Position numbers and translations under genes: made by a program. From positions 384,092 to 448,091 of the forward strand of contig NW_027192209.1 in assembly GCF_041956535.1 (NCBI RefSeq): a stretch of DNA of 64,000 bases, given 5' to 3'. A model generated the notes under the pieces. That model was not told the DNA's origin. It worked only from the letters and a program-made list of their open reading frames with translations, and did no database searches. Below are positions 13,722 through 31,582 of this stretch, one piece after another. Within the stretch, counting starts at the first letter, position 1. The number at the start of each line of letters is the position of its first letter. This DNA comes from Calcarisporiella thermophila CBS 279.70 (Eukaryota > Fungi > Calcarisporiellomycota).

Positions 13722-15140
13722 TTAGAATCCACCAATTTGCGCTTTTTTCAATGGCTCTTCTTCTTCAAACTCCTCTGAAATCTCTATCTGATTAGGGATC
13801 GAGGTCCCGTTCACTCTCGACTCAAGGGCAATCTTAGAATCATTGATAGCCTTTTCTTTTGCTATCATTTCTTTCAGTTTGTTAACTTCTCCTTCCGCCA
13901 TAGGATAACAATGCTCAGGACCTGGGAATCGTCGAAGCTTTACATCCTCATGATATTCGCGCAAAGCATTGGTGATAATAGAAGAGAGGTCAGCATATTG
14001 CTTGCAGAATCTAAAATTAAAAGTAAATTACAAGTTTATATGATTCAAGCAAGGTTAATGTTACCTTGGCATAAATCGATCGAACATTCCTAGCATATCG
14101 TTTTGAACTAAAACTTGACCACTGCATCCACTCCCAGCACCAATACCAATAGTAGGTATTTTGAGACGCTCAGTCACATAGCTTGCTGATGCTTCAGGAA
14201 CAGCTTCGAGCACTACTGCAAAGCATCCAGCCTTTTGTAACTGAAGTGCATCCTCTAACAATTGCTTCGTCTAATATATCATAGTTAATAATTTGGTTGA
14301 AAACATTCTTATTTTTCTATAATCATACTTTTGCAGCAGTTTTTCCTTGTACGCGATATCCACCTAGTGAGGATTGACGTTGAGGAGTAAGCCCAATATG
14401 TCCAAGAACGGGAATCCCAACAGACGTCATTCTATGTATAATATCAGCAATCTCTGCACCTCCTTCCATTTTAACCGCCTGTAATGATATGAGTGAGCTA
14501 CTAAGCGTTTTGTGTAAACATTTAATAAACACAAACCTCCATATTTCCTTCTTTGATTAGCCTAATCGCATTTTTAAGAGCAATGTCTGCGCCTATTTCA
14601 TAGGTCCCGAAAGGTAAATCTGCAATTTTAAATGATGCTTTTGCACCCCTTGCGACCGCTCTGCAATGATGCAGTATCTCCTATACATCCAATATTAAAT
14701 TGGTTCTGAAAATTAAAACTGTAAATATAATTTCTTACATCAATTGTTAGTGGAACAGTGGTCTCATAGCCCAGTTCAACCATTCCAAGAGAATCTCCGA
14801 CAAGGCAAGTATCGATCCCGGCTCTGTCAGCAAAGAGCGCAGAGGGGTAATCTTGCGCAGTGATCATGGTAATAGGTTCCTTTTTCTTATACATTTTTTG
14901 GATATGATGTATTGTAACTTTAGGCCTTGCAGAAGGATCTATTAAAAAGTGATGGATGAGAATTTCAAAACTTAAACCATATTCATCAAATATTAATGAA
15001 CCTTTCTCGACTTGGTTGACAGGCCTAGAGCTGTAAAGTCTAAAGAAGGGTAAACGTATTGTTCGTTTGCAAGCTCCGGTTTGAACACGGCATGTTTGGA
15101 GCAGGCATGAAGGGATTTTGGAAGACGAAGTTGGAAGCAT
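13722..15140 (-). CDS. ECM31: Ketopantoate hydroxymethyltransferase (PanB/Ecm31), mitochondrial
   Basis: [63 protein letters not shown]. Confidence 0.95.
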
Positions 15141-16319
15141 TTCCCCAGATTAATTAAAAAAACGAACGAAATAATTTCATTAAACAAAACCAACGAGAAT
15201 ATATATATACATGTGAAAAGATAGTCACAAAATATCAGATGACAATCTGAATCCAATTAAAAATTTAGACAATCATTTCGTATGAATAATCCCGGAGTAT
15301 TTTAGAGTTTGGCAAGCCTTCAATGCTATATTTTATCGTAATTTTGCTCCAGGAGCGAAAGTCATAGGCCGAAGAGCATCAGCTAATGTGATGAAAGGAG
15401 GGTGGCTGTAAATTAAGAGAGATTGTTGGATTGTTTTGAAAATTTTGGGGTAGAAATATCCTTAAAGTGACCTGTCCATACACTAAATATTTTGGACAAT
15501 TCAGGAAGCTGACAAAATTGTAAAGTTAATGTAATGCAACTTAAACAATAGGTACTGGTATTATAATATAGGTGAAAAATTATAACAATATAACTATCAA
15601 ATATTTTATCATAAATTCATTTAACATTTAACTTGATAATTCGTAAAGTAAATGAGGCAATAATAAATAAAGGCGAAGAATACAAAAAAAAACAAATAGT
15701 GATTCTCTTTTAAATCATAGCTGTATTTTTCAATTCATCTATTGCAACTGCTTCATTTAGCAGATTTAGATTTTTTTACTTCCAAAAGTGTGCTAAATAG
15801 AAAGCAACGGATAAACTTTCCCTGAATATTATACTATGAAATTTCATTTGCTATTATCATAGGGCTATTTGCTGATTAACCATCCTTAAAAGATACCTAT
15901 ATCCTCTGGTTCAAAATAGCCATATCCGATTACTTTTTGCCACTGCGAATTGATTAGACCGATTGGGAGATTGTCAGAATTGATGCTGATACACTTTCGT
16001 CCAAGCTAAGAGATATCAAATATCCAAGTCTGTGTACAATGTGGTCCTCTAGTAGATCAAGTGAAAATCTGCTTTATATGTCCATATTAATTTATAATGA
16101 TAGAGCAAAATAAATTTTATATATACAATCCTACCAAGAGCTAAGACCGTAGTCATAAATAAGCAAATGGAGGCATACACCGGGTAATTTTTTTTCTGCT
16201 TTATAAGAGAATTATTAAGGAAAGATTAGGAAACAAGCGTCTTACAGTGATTTGATATAGATGAAAATTGGAATAAATTACATATGTCAGGTATAAAAAA
16301 GATATAAGAGTGGGATTTT

Positions 16320-17947
16320 TCAAGAGATTCGATCAGCAAGCATCTCTATTGCCCGTGTATATTCAATTTCTCTCATCTCACGTTCAGCAGCTGTCAGGTA
16401 ATTCTCAGTTCCAGCAAGACACTCAAACTTGCATATAGGACAAACTGCCGCTTTTGTCATGAGCCAGCGATCTGAAACAAATAAAACTACGTTAGTATAG
16501 CTGAACTATAAATTAATAGTTATCAATACTTACCCACACATTTTCTATGGTATTCATGACGGCAAGGCAGCTGACGTATTTCTTCTCCTTCGATATAATC
16601 TTCTAAACAAATCACACAAGCCGACAAACTTTCATCTGATCTCCTTTCTTCTCTCTCAATTTGCACCTGGGATTCTGTTGGTGAAGCCCTAACAGATTGT
16701 GTATTGTCAAAAGAAGTTTCCGCGCATGGCGAACTAGTGCTGGTTGTTCGTGGATCTATGGCCTGGTATTTTGAAGAATTTGCATTCATTGAATCAGCGA
16801 GCGCCGCATGACAAACACTCAACTCTATCGAATTCTTCCTGCTCGCTCTATAGATAAAAACCGGATATGTATCCAGGATATCCTTACTCAAAGTTGGAAG
16901 TAGGTGACGTTGCAGTACAATCAATTGAGGTTGGTGTTGTCTATTACGCAAAAAGATATTCCTTAAACGCTGGATGTGGCTGTAAACAAGCGCTTAAACA
17001 AAATAGACAATTAAACTATTGAATAATACTACCACAAAGGCAAACATGTTACCTCCACTAATCAAAATTATCCCAAGAACCATAACATTGATTAGAATAC
17101 TATATGTCCACGAGAACTGCGATTGGTAGGAAAGTGAATTTTTAGATATATCCGAAAAAGTAGCAAGGATGTGTGTAGTAGTGCTATTAGTTTGATTTTG
17201 GCTCTGGAGTATCTGATGCAATTTTTCCAGTAAATCGGATCCCGTAGTATTGGAAACTAGAGCCGCCCTAATGGTCGTGGATTTTTAGTTCTTAGCGAAT
17301 CACTAATAATAATAATAATTACCTGATAAAGCTGAAGCCCGGCATTAATATAAGATCATCATCGTCAAATGTAGAATAATTTGTTGAAAGTGAATCTACG
17401 ATGATGGCAGCCAATGCCCAATTCTTTAGAGCCGTGAGCTTGGCTTATCATAGCGAAAATAAAGGTAAAATGTAACGTCGTAAGAGAATTAAGAATCTAA
17501 CAAAGAACATGCTCACTGGAAAATGTACACTCTCCTCTTCTAACCACTGCAATGCCCTTAAAACCGTTAAATTGTGACAAAAATTCTGGCGGTTTCACTT
17601 CTTCACACGCGTACCCTACGTCGATTAATATCCCCTACACTGAAAAGATTAAATCACAATTCAAGATAAAGATTGTCCGAATATAATTTACAATTAAACC
17701 ACCGGATTTTGGAATTTCAGCAGTTAGTTGGTGTTGATGTGCGCCGCTAATATAATAAAGATGTTAGTTTCCCCTTATGATTCAGTATGAATCTAAAATA
17801 CCTATAATTCCAAGCTGGGAGCTCGGGTGAAAACACAGCCTGGTTTTGATCCCTTGATATTAACCTGCAAGAAATTACTAACTGAGCATGTGAAGAGCTC
17901 AGCAGTAATGCACCAAATACGAGAGCTATCCAGAAAGGGCTCCTCAT
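16320..17947 (-). CDS. Signal peptide + PA domain + TM + RING-H2 E3 ubiquitin ligase (RNF13/RMR-like)
   Basis: Signal MRSPFWIALVFGALLLSSSHA; PA-type 'IAVVRRGECTF'; hydrophobic TM; RING-H2 CVICLEDY...LPCRHEYHRKCV|DRWL...CPIC. Confidence 0.8.
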
Positions 17948-18660
17948 CTCAAATTTACTCTGCAAGTTATTCTATCCTCTTCTTTTCCTCTTTATGGAGA
18001 TATAAAAAGATGATTGTGTAACTCTGTATTGAGTTCTAAAGTAATAGCCACTCTTCCGGCTCTCATGCAGTGCGCCTTATTATCAAGACAGTATCATACT
18101 ACAAGGACAACCATGTGAATCAGCAATCCATTTTAGATCCCAAGAAAAAGTCCTTTATACTTAGTAACTGTCATATCGGTAATATTTCCCCTTAAACTGT
18201 GTAATGAATAGTTCTCTAGTAGAGGCACGTTTCCTTGAAATGGTTTTATTTCCTCTTTTACATTGATATAACATTTATAATCAGAGATAGTGCGCTTGTA
18301 TCTTTTGATTAATAACAATATCTCATAAACAATTAATTTTCTGCATCAACCATATGCAACTACTGAAGAAAGTTGAATGAAGACTATAAATCTTTATGCA
18401 GAACCTATGTGTATATGCATCGATGCTAGTTTCGTGGTGCCCTGTGTCTTTACTAAATTTTTATATATCTCATTTCTATTCTTTTTTTTTTTTTCAATTG
18501 AGGATATTTTTTCAATCAAATATTAATATACAGGGGAAGATTTAGAATATGAAAAAGTCATCAAATTAAAGTCTGGTTTTTTTTTTTCAAGTCCAGCTGG
18601 TCAAATTTGTGTATATTTTTATAGCTATTAAATATTTATCTTGACGAAAGAGAAAATGCT

Positions 18661-19543
18661 TCAAGATTTACCGCCGAATCCACTAAAGCTATTATGTATA
18701 TTATAGGTTAATTTTCCTGCTCTTCGTCGATGATATATAAAATATTACCCCATTAAACGCGCCATTTCATCATTTTCAGGAGTTGAGATATTGTCATCAT
18801 TTTTTTCCTTGGCTTTTTTTGTTTTTTTTTCTCTCTTTTTCGCCTTCGTTCCTCCTCCTCTTCTTTCTGTGACATGGCTACGCGTTCATCAAAATCTTTT
18901 ATAATATGAATTTATGAAAGTATCAGTAACACTTCACTATAAAAAAATATCACAACAATACCGTATTCCTTCTCCGGCTGCTCTTTCTTTCTTTTTAGCA
19001 TTTCCAACCTTGCTTTTACTTCATCCAAAGTACTTCTCTCCACTCGCATTGACATGCCCATATTACTCTGATCTAAAATCGAAAAATTGAGTTATTACTT
19101 GGACTATATGATAAAGGCTATCGAGATACTTGCGTTTTCTCCCATTAATGTGATCCAAATAATTAACAGAGTCTTTCACCACACAATCACAAACTTTACA
19201 GTAAAACCCGGGTTGCTTCGAAGCTATGCTTGTAGATTGAACGACTTGAGTTTTGTTTAGATTCGTATCTAATGCGATTTTCTCATCCCTTGCACGCAAA
19301 AGATCCCGCTGTACTGGTGGATCCTTTTTTTGCTTCTCTTCCTTTTTCTCATGCTCTCTCTCTTTTTTTGCTCGCTCTCTTGCACGTCTCTCATATTCTT
19401 CTTTACTTAATATTTTCCTACCGCCAGACTCATCCTTCGTGTTAATCTCCTAATACAATTTAAGATTAGATTCTGATCATATATACAGATATATAATTTT
19501 TTTACACCAATACCTCATTGGAAACGCTTTTTTCTGCTGACAT
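18661..19543 (-). CDS. SNU23: U4/U6.U5 tri-snRNP zinc-finger protein Snu23/ZMAT2; apparent 1-nt deletion in an A-run near 18814-18830
   Basis: [44 protein letters not shown]; C-terminus MARLMGFSGFGGKS; one GC-AG intron (19073-19133). Confidence 0.9.
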
Positions 19544-19675
19544 CGTTAATGGTTTTTACCATCCAATACTTTCTATGCCAATGCATTAACAGAATATGAC
19601 TGTCTTTTTAAACAAGCCACTCGTCAATACTAAATATGACATTTCGTAATAGTTTAATAATCTCGAGAGGAGAAA

Positions 19676-21093
19676 ATGTTCAGGTCTTCAATTCTAACTA
19701 GAATTTGTTACGTGAATGCCCGAAGCAAGTATCAATTGCCTTCAGGGCATCTGGCACTGTCAATTAGATCGATTTCTTTCCAATCTCTCTTTGGTAAACA
19801 AACCAACGCCGTGAAAAATGATACCCAGAGGAAACCGATTTTATCGAAGAATGAGCTTTTTTATCCGCTCTCTAAATCGCCAATCAAGGATATGCGTGAG
19901 CGTGGAGATATTATTCGACAAGTAGGGTTATGCCCTGTTTGTGATGCACAGCATCGAGGCGCTCGCAATCATATGAAGACACCAGCATATGAATGTTCGA
20001 ATTGCGGTTATCCAACTCATTGCTGCGAAGAACATTACCTCCAAGACAAACTCGATCACGAAAAATTTTGTAGTACACTGCGAGAGCATAATGAGGATGA
20101 ACATGACCTCAGGTCGGGCAGAAGAATGCTTGAATTTGAGTTTCCAAGTAATTATTTGCTAGAAATTTTCTATAGATTTGATTTAATATGTATTCTCTTT
20201 TAATCAGCCGCGCAGCCTTTGGACGAGTCTGTAAATTTTGGCAATTGGAATCTTTTCTTTTACACTCGCGGATTTCCGGGCATGGAATCTGAAAGATCTT
20301 CGCGACACGTCTCAAAGCTGCTGACTTATCCGATAACAATGGCTTCTATTTTACATGAATCAAGCCCGTATAAATTTGGCAAACATCTGACAGCTGAGGG
20401 ATTAAAGTCACTAGCTGGTAGGTAATACTCATTTAATTATTAATTGGTTTTTTATTTATTCCTCTTCCTTTAGCTCTGAGAACAACTCTCCATACTAAGC
20501 AAGAATCTTTGGGTGCTAAACAACTTATTCCCCAAGACACAGTTAGAATATTCGTCGTGGGAGCCCGTGCAGAGGCACAATTACCAATGCAATCTTATAT
20601 GCAACTTGCATATCTCTTTCCCGGAATTCCTTTTCACCTCCATTTTATTGGACCCGATGCACTTACTCAAGGCAAAAATCCTAAAACCGTCGTTTTTAAT
20701 GAGTATCTATCATTTACATGGGATAACTCTCTATATCACGACTATCATGACCATGTATCATCATTTGACCCATACCGTGATGTTTTCTTCTTGTTCAGTC
20801 CTGGGGTAGGACACCCAGAATCCCGCAACAACTGGAAACCATCTGTACGCAAACTTCTGCAGACAAAATGCGCCATTTTTATCACCAATTTCAGCAAACA
20901 AGATCAGGAAGAAGATGTACGCGCTATCGAAGAGGACCAGAAAAATGAGTTCGATTGGCTTATGCATCCAACGGAAAATATTTTCCGTAGTCTAAAACAA
21001 GATATTGATATCACAGACTTGCGAAAAGGCATTTATTCTAACTGGGGAGTATGCGGTATTCGAGGAAAGAAGTATGAAGTGAAGCAAGTATAG
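19676..21093 (+). CDS. MSS51: Mitochondrial Mss51 (COX1 translational activator/chaperone)
   Basis: Presequence; CPVC...CSNCGYPTHC; 'NEDEHDLRSGR..EFEFP'; 'FFYTRGF'; 'LLTYPIT'; 'VVGARAE'. Confidence 0.92.
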
Positions 21094-21239
21094 AAGCTGT
21101 TTGGTAGAAGCAAGATGCAAAACGCCCTTGTTATATTATCCCTTTCAGCATAAATTATATAAAAAAATATATTCTATGTGTGAATAAATCTTTTCAAAAA
21201 AGTAAAGACAATAAAATAGATAAAATACTACTCTAAATT

Positions 21240-24990
<3,751 letters not shown>

Positions 24991-26672
24991 CGGACAATAT
25001 TGGAGAATACTATATGAAAAATATTGGTGAGCGATCTTTTCTGAAAAAGAATATTCGACGAAAATATAGTGGATAACCGGAGATACTAACAGGATATGTA
25101 AATCGTAGGTTGAACAAAATATTGTGCTCACAAATATCTGGCGCTTTAAATTTTTTATCAATAAAATTTCATTTGTTAACTATTGATATTCATCGGATAA
25201 GCTTTGAACGACTATTAAATAAGTAAATTATGACTTTATAATAGCTATAAGTATCATTTGATAGAGGAATCCCAAAAATTATTTTAATATCTCTTTCTAA
25301 TTTTGATAACTTGTCACATTTTCAGAGAAATCTTCTTATAATACACAACCTTCTATAATTTTGTAATTGAGAGGCGGTTTTATATAAAGGTCCTCCGGAT
25401 CGTAATTTGGATAGTCTTCAATGACAAAGCCGCTAAGGTACGACCGCTGGCCCCTGTCTAATTGTTGGGCAAGATTCTTATTATTTTATATTTCGTGACA
25501 TGAGCTATTTTTCTGTTCCATCTGACAAACTCAGCAAATACTCCAAGTTTCGTAGTGCTGGAAATGAACTAGATTTTGAAAGTGAACTAAAGAAATGAGT
25601 ACTTTATATATATTGCTGCATAACTGAGGTTTTTCAAGTTTCTTCGATGCGAAAGTCTAAGCCAGGAATCATCAAAAACCCACTATCTCTTTTAACAAAA
25701 TATTTTATTTTATGCTGTTTATGGTATTTAATTATTTATAAAAATGAATTAAATTAGACGTAATTGGCCATTAAATATGGTGAAAATTTGGAAAAATATT
25801 AAAATTTTCAAAAAAATTTTTAAATATAGAATCATAATTTTGAATATTTTGATAAATTTATATCCAATTGTTCAAATTCTTTTATTATTTTAACAAATCA
25901 AATTTGCTTTGAATAACTATTAAATTAGTGTTTGGCAATTATTTTATTATAGTTTTTGCTATTTCCCTTTTTCTTTACTAAGTTTAATGTCAATGAAGCC
26001 TCACTTGGAGACCGATTGCAGAGCTTCACTTTTTAGTACAAGACATCTTCTTAATCGTTTTTTCTTCTTAACAGGAGAGTGTATATTAAATATGAAAATT
26101 TCATTTTTGAATGGAGTACTGTAGTTATATACAGATGTTGTCCTATCTATTCCTCAAAAGATATACATATTGTTAGCTGGAGAAACAAATATGCCAGGAA
26201 TAGTTTGTCGTTGTGTGTATCACAACTACTGCTTAAAAAGTGTTTTATATCGCGAACGCGATTATGGATATTATTTGTGTGTGCAAAGATCTCAAGGGAG
26301 GATGGGAAGTATATAGGAAGTTATCGCTTTAATTGCAGTAGTTATAGATTTGAAGCAAAAAACAAATAAATGTATCGGAGAGACAATCATAAAACGACTT
26401 ACACATTTTGATTAACTATCCGTTCCCTCTGATTTATGTATATAACAAAGTTCTCTAAACTAGAATTGTTTCGTGGGGCGCAGCGACATATTTAACAACA
26501 AGTTATACAATCGAAACAGTTGTTGAAACTAGTTATATACAATTTGAAAATTTGAAATAATTCTATAAACCAATTGTAATTCCTAATTCTGCGCTATTCA
26601 AGCTGAAACTAGAGATCAAATCAGTTTGAACTAATTTTACAAATACATAATAACATAACGTTTTTATTGGTT

Positions 26673-28019
26673 ATGTCTACTGATCGGCCAACAAAACGCG
26701 CTAGAAAAGCTGCCATTATCGAACATACTGCTACCTGCAACGATATTGAGTGCCAGGGGTGTAGTACTGGTGAGCTTGAATTCACATTTACAACGGAGGA
26801 TGGGGTCGTTACAAAACCTAGTGCGTTGGATTTGTTCCATATGGCCATGGAAGAATCCAGCCTTTCAAAAGCATCTAGCGGATCAGAGATAGACAATAAA
26901 GACATAGCGAAAAGGCTATATGATCTAGCGATTGAGGCTTTCGAGAAGGACTCAGAAAGAGACGATTTTTCCTATGCCACATGTTTACTTGAATTTGGTC
27001 GATTTTGGCATGTTGAGGAGTCTGTACGCGAGGCTATAACTTTGTTTGATAAACTAGTGAAAAAAGGAGATACAAATGCGCACATTGGGGCTGGGAAAGC
27101 AAAAGTTGCATTAGTAAGCGTTACCCGATAGATTTACTCCATACGTTTGAGTTAATTGAATAATTTTTTTTCATAAAATAGTGCGAAATATTACGCAGGC
27201 GAAACCAAATGGCAGATGAGGATTCTAGTGATGAGGATTTGGACAATGATCGGATAGCTGTTACAGGAGAGGAAAAGAGGCTCTTTAAAGAGGCTGCTGA
27301 GTCTTTAGATATTGTAGTTTTCAATTATTTGATGGGTTTGCTACTGTAGTTTAATTAATCATTTTATTTTCAATAGGGATTGAACAACTTGAAAATGCAG
27401 AATAAAGAAAAGTATGCACGGAATACTACTCTCATAGCCAAGGAACTCGTTGCTTACGGTTCATCAGTGGAGATATCATCATTTAATCGAGATTATGCAA
27501 AGAGTGTATTCGAAAAAGCACGTCATTATCTTGAACAATATGAGAACATCGATAAAGAAACTGATAAAAATGAAGACGCTTTTATTTTGGAATTATGGGG
27601 ATCATACTACTTTTACACTGCGCGACTCGAAGATACTGATGACCAGTGCATGTTTCTATTGAACAAGGCAATTGATCGGTTAGAGCAGATGAGAAAAGTA
27701 GAAGGTGAAATAGCTAGTAGCCTTGAAATAGTAAATTTTGATTCTGAGCTACAGAGAATAGAGCAATTATAAATACTATCATACTATCTTTCTAATAGTT
27801 GGGACACGCATATCTTTTAAAATCCAGTAGCGTACAGAATGACGATGAATCTTTGGAAGCATATGATCATGCAATTGATGTGCTATCAAAGGCATCTGCT
27901 TTAAACCCAAGTGAGCTAATTTCTTGAATTCTTAATAGCACAAGTTTATTAATGATTTTTGCTCATTCAAAATAGCAAACCAAGAACTCAAGACACTACT
28001 TTTAACCCTGACAACCTGA
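26673..28019 (+). CDS. Uncharacterised helical-repeat (TPR-like) protein with an N-terminal basic NLS-like patch and an HxxxCxxxxCxGC motif
   Basis: Five in-frame exons with GT-AG junctions; helical motifs such as 'LGHAYLL...AYDHAIDVLSKASALNP'; family not recognised. Confidence 0.6.
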
Positions 28020-28588
28020 GGCGCGTGTAAATATATATAGAGTAATATTATTTCCTCTGAAGTGTTACGTAGAGCACATTTCATTAAGTGCGATGAAATG
28101 TTGATGATTCCTAATAATAAACGAGGTATTTAAGAACGAAAACTAGATTGCCAACGATGCCATTTAATGCTTCGACATCTGTTAATTTCCGAAGCTGATC
28201 AGGAAAGCACATAAGAATAATATAATATCTCCACGAGTTCGCTATAGATCAGGGATTCGTTTTATTATCCTGCCCAACTGAATAATTTAGTTAGCTATTA
28301 GTTAGGGGCAGCGGCTGACCCTAAGTTCTGCAAATCGATTGTCTTGAAGTGGACTTTGGAGTTACTGTTAAAACTATTTCAAAATATTTAAAATGAATAT
28401 ATTGACAATACGAATACAAAGCAATGTATGTATATCCTCATCATTAAAAAACATTACTACAGCATTCAGAAAATGAGTATAATGAGCACCTAGCCTAATG
28501 AATATATTCTAGTGTATGATTATATTTTATTCATACACGTGGCATACGTATAATTTCTTTAAGATGAATTTGATAATATAATCAAACT

Positions 28589-28676
28589 AACGCGCTTTAA
28601 TTGGATTTTTCGTGTTAGCGACACATTTTAGACCGTTTTGCTCGCTTCCCAACACTTTTTCGCATTCCTTCGCGTT
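28589..28676. promoter_or_regulatory. Cluster of MCB/SCB-like G1/S elements upstream of the Whi5-motif gene
   Basis: AACGCG at 28589; TTTTCGTG (CACGAAAA) at 28607; TTCGCGTT at 28669; all in otherwise AT-rich DNA. Confidence 0.45.
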
Positions 28677-28900
28677 CTACTTTTGTACTTATCGTTTATC
28701 ATATCTGTTAAAAGAGATCAATACTTAATCTTCTCTTCTTTATTATGCTATACTAGATCAGCTTACTTTTGTTAATATTTTTGCACACACCCATCTAATT
28801 TTAATATTTATATGATTAGCAGTTTTATATCTTTTATTCAAGAATCTGGTAGTGGAATTTATAGACGCTAAAAAGAGCAGGAGAATTGATCCTGCTAAGG

Positions 28901-30507
28901 ATGCCATTAGAACCTCCATCAAGTGGGCATGGATCTGCAGGTTCATTGAAGTCTAATAATCCTTCCTTGAGCATATATAATTCACAGAATCGTAGTCCGA
29001 GGAAAGTTGAAAAAAAACGATTCGATATAAGCAAAGTAAGTTCATTTTCGCTATTTTGTTAAATAATTTTGCTATAGTTAATTGTAATTTTCCAAAAAAG
29101 AATATTGCAAACCTCTGACTTATGATTATGCTCTTCTGTTCTATTAATTCTCAGGTTTCGCAAAAATTAAAAGCACGACTTCAATATGCAAAGCTCAAAG
29201 TAGAGCAAGGATGGACGAATTGCACATTGGATGAGGTAGAAAATCTGGCGAACAATTCGTCCTGTAATTTTTCCGCTTCTTTGAAAGCTCCTTGGCTTAA
29301 AACGATGTTCGAGATGTCAGGATCTCTCCCTCATTCTATAATCTCTCATCCCTTGACTCTAACGCGAAGTCTGGCTTCCAAGCGCCCTCGTACACGCTCC
29401 ACAGGGGAAATTCTAAGATCTCCACCTACTCCACCTCCTGTAGCAACTGAAATTTCTAGTTCACCTATCAAACTTGATAGGACAGAAGAACTCGATGAAG
29501 AGACTCTTGCTGCCCAAACGATTTTAATGCTCTCCTCACCTCAAAGATTCAGTTCTAGCCAAGAAAGTATACCAAGAGAAACAGGAGCTTCTCTGTCTTT
29601 ATACGACTCCCATCAGAGTTCGCTCTCATTGAGCTATAGCCCACTAAATCAACATCAACAAAAGGCCACATCACGACGGTTATTCCCTTCCACACCCTCT
29701 TTTCATTGTTCTTTTCCGACATCTGATGCCGGACCATCACCTGTACCTTCCAAGCCCTACTTCCTTGTAGCACAATCTTCTCCAATGCCTTCTAAATCTC
29801 CCCCATTTTCGAAAAGGCCACCTCCGCCCCCGCCTCCTGCGTTTTCTCCTATTGCACCTTCGCCAATGGCACCACGACCCTCATCTTACAGCCTTTCAAT
29901 TCCCCCAATTACTCCCCCACGTCTACCTCATACTCCTCACTTCTCAACGCCGACAAGTCGAAGATTAGTCCCAAGCTCAGAACTCAACACTCCGGCAAAA
30001 ATGCCGATTCCACGTAGAGCAAGCAAAGGTGGTGCCAGCGGTCGGGGGTCATCAACTGTGGATATTGGCCTTAGATGGAAGCATGTTGACGCATTAATGT
30101 TCGAAGAAGTAAATCGTATGTCGTCTACAGCTTCGCACTCAGCAGTTGCAAGCTCTTATTCGGCGTCATTTTCTAGTCTATCTTCCACTCCAACCCGAGT
30201 CCGTCGACAAGAAACTATCACACAGCCATCTGAGACCTCGCCCCTTCTCGGAAAAAAGGTTACATTGGATGCCAAACCAGCAAATGCTACAAACGCCCCA
30301 GATAACTTGACTGCACAAACTGCAACCTTACCGCTTCCTGTGACGCATATTTCACAAAAATCTACATACAATGCATCAATTGGGGATAAAAAGAATGTAA
30401 ATGGGTTGAAAATTTTGTCAAAAGAACCAGAATTTGCGTCAAAAGAAATACCTAGTCGAAAGGCGGATCCTGAGTTAAATAGCAGTGAAGAAAAGTTAGC
30501 TTTTTAA
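28901..30507 (+). CDS. Whi5/Nrm1/Srl3-family G1/S transcriptional co-repressor-like protein
   Basis: GTB motif 'KLKARLQYAKLKVEQGWTNCTLDEVE'; disordered S/P/T-rich tail with many SP/TP sites; 'AAQTILML'; exon 1 at 28901-29035. Confidence 0.75.
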
Positions 30508-31582
30508 TTGGGAGGATTGTGTATTCTTCTATTATTACATAATTTAATCGTAAAGATGAGAAAAGACAATATGTGAATTAGGAGTATTTTTATTTTTACT
30601 ACTTCATTTACAACTTATTATTCAATCTTTTCTCTCTCTGCATTTATTCTTTATATATTTCAAATTTGTTGTGTATAATTTATGTACAGTCGGCCTTATT
30701 TTAATGCTTAACTTGAAAATCAAGATTTAACATTGAACACTTGTTAATCGAAATTAGAGCCAATGTAAATTAATATTGAAAGTATACATTAGCCATCAAA
30801 TTTACAAGAAATTACGAATATTTGGAGCTAACTACTGATTTTGCCCTTTTGCATACGCACGGAGCAGTTAAAACAGTTGTGCGAAAGAAAAAATGAGCTC
30901 TCCAATATCTCAATTAGGTGTCTCATAAGTATTCCTTAAGTATTCCTTTTGCTTCTTCGAGGGAATTTGAATGTTTCAGTAGAGTAGCCATTATATCTCT
31001 ACTTGGAAATATAATCTATATTTTCAAGTAGAGGTTAATCCAAAATATTTACCCCGCAAAAATGCGAGTTTTAAATTTTAAGGACAGAATTCCAAGAAAC
31101 GAAAACGAAATATTTCTATCATTCAAAAATAGGGTATGTTACAAATATCATTATAAGCGTCTCCAATAACTGGGCATTTAAAGGGCATGTATTCTGCATT
31201 TCAGAAATGATGCATTGTTGCGAATACAAGTAATTTAACTGCTATTTTCACGTGTAAAGAAGTGAGACAAAACTTTAAAGAAAGTGTGTGAGAATAATAC
31301 ATATACTGGTTCGCTCATAATGCGTCCAGGCGAACCCAACCTTGTTCACTCTGCTGTTCTTTGTTTAAAAAGGCTGCGGTTCTCGGGCAACTAGCAAACT
31401 TTCTCATAATTTTCTCCTTAATAATCACCTCATCTTTTACTATCCATCTTCCCCTTTCCATTCAGGGAATTTATATTTATTTCATTGTAATTTTATTGTG
31501 TTAATCTAAAGGACAAGGGGCTCGTTTGTTATAGCTATATAATTCATTCCTTTACACCTTTTATTTATTGAAATAATTCTTG

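Noticed and set aside
15887-16060. Possible minus-strand exon fragment (LGRKCISINSDNLPIG...)
   Set aside because: No start codon or partner exons were found, and no family was recognised.
26079-26369. 96-aa ORF and nearby short open stretches at 25.4-26.4 kb
   Set aside because: Non-ATG start, no recognisable domain and no consistent exon chain.
28302-28324. Small hairpin TTAGGG-gcagcggctga-CCCTAA (Helitron end or telomere seed)
   Set aside because: Single short stem with no downstream CTRR terminus and no repeat array.
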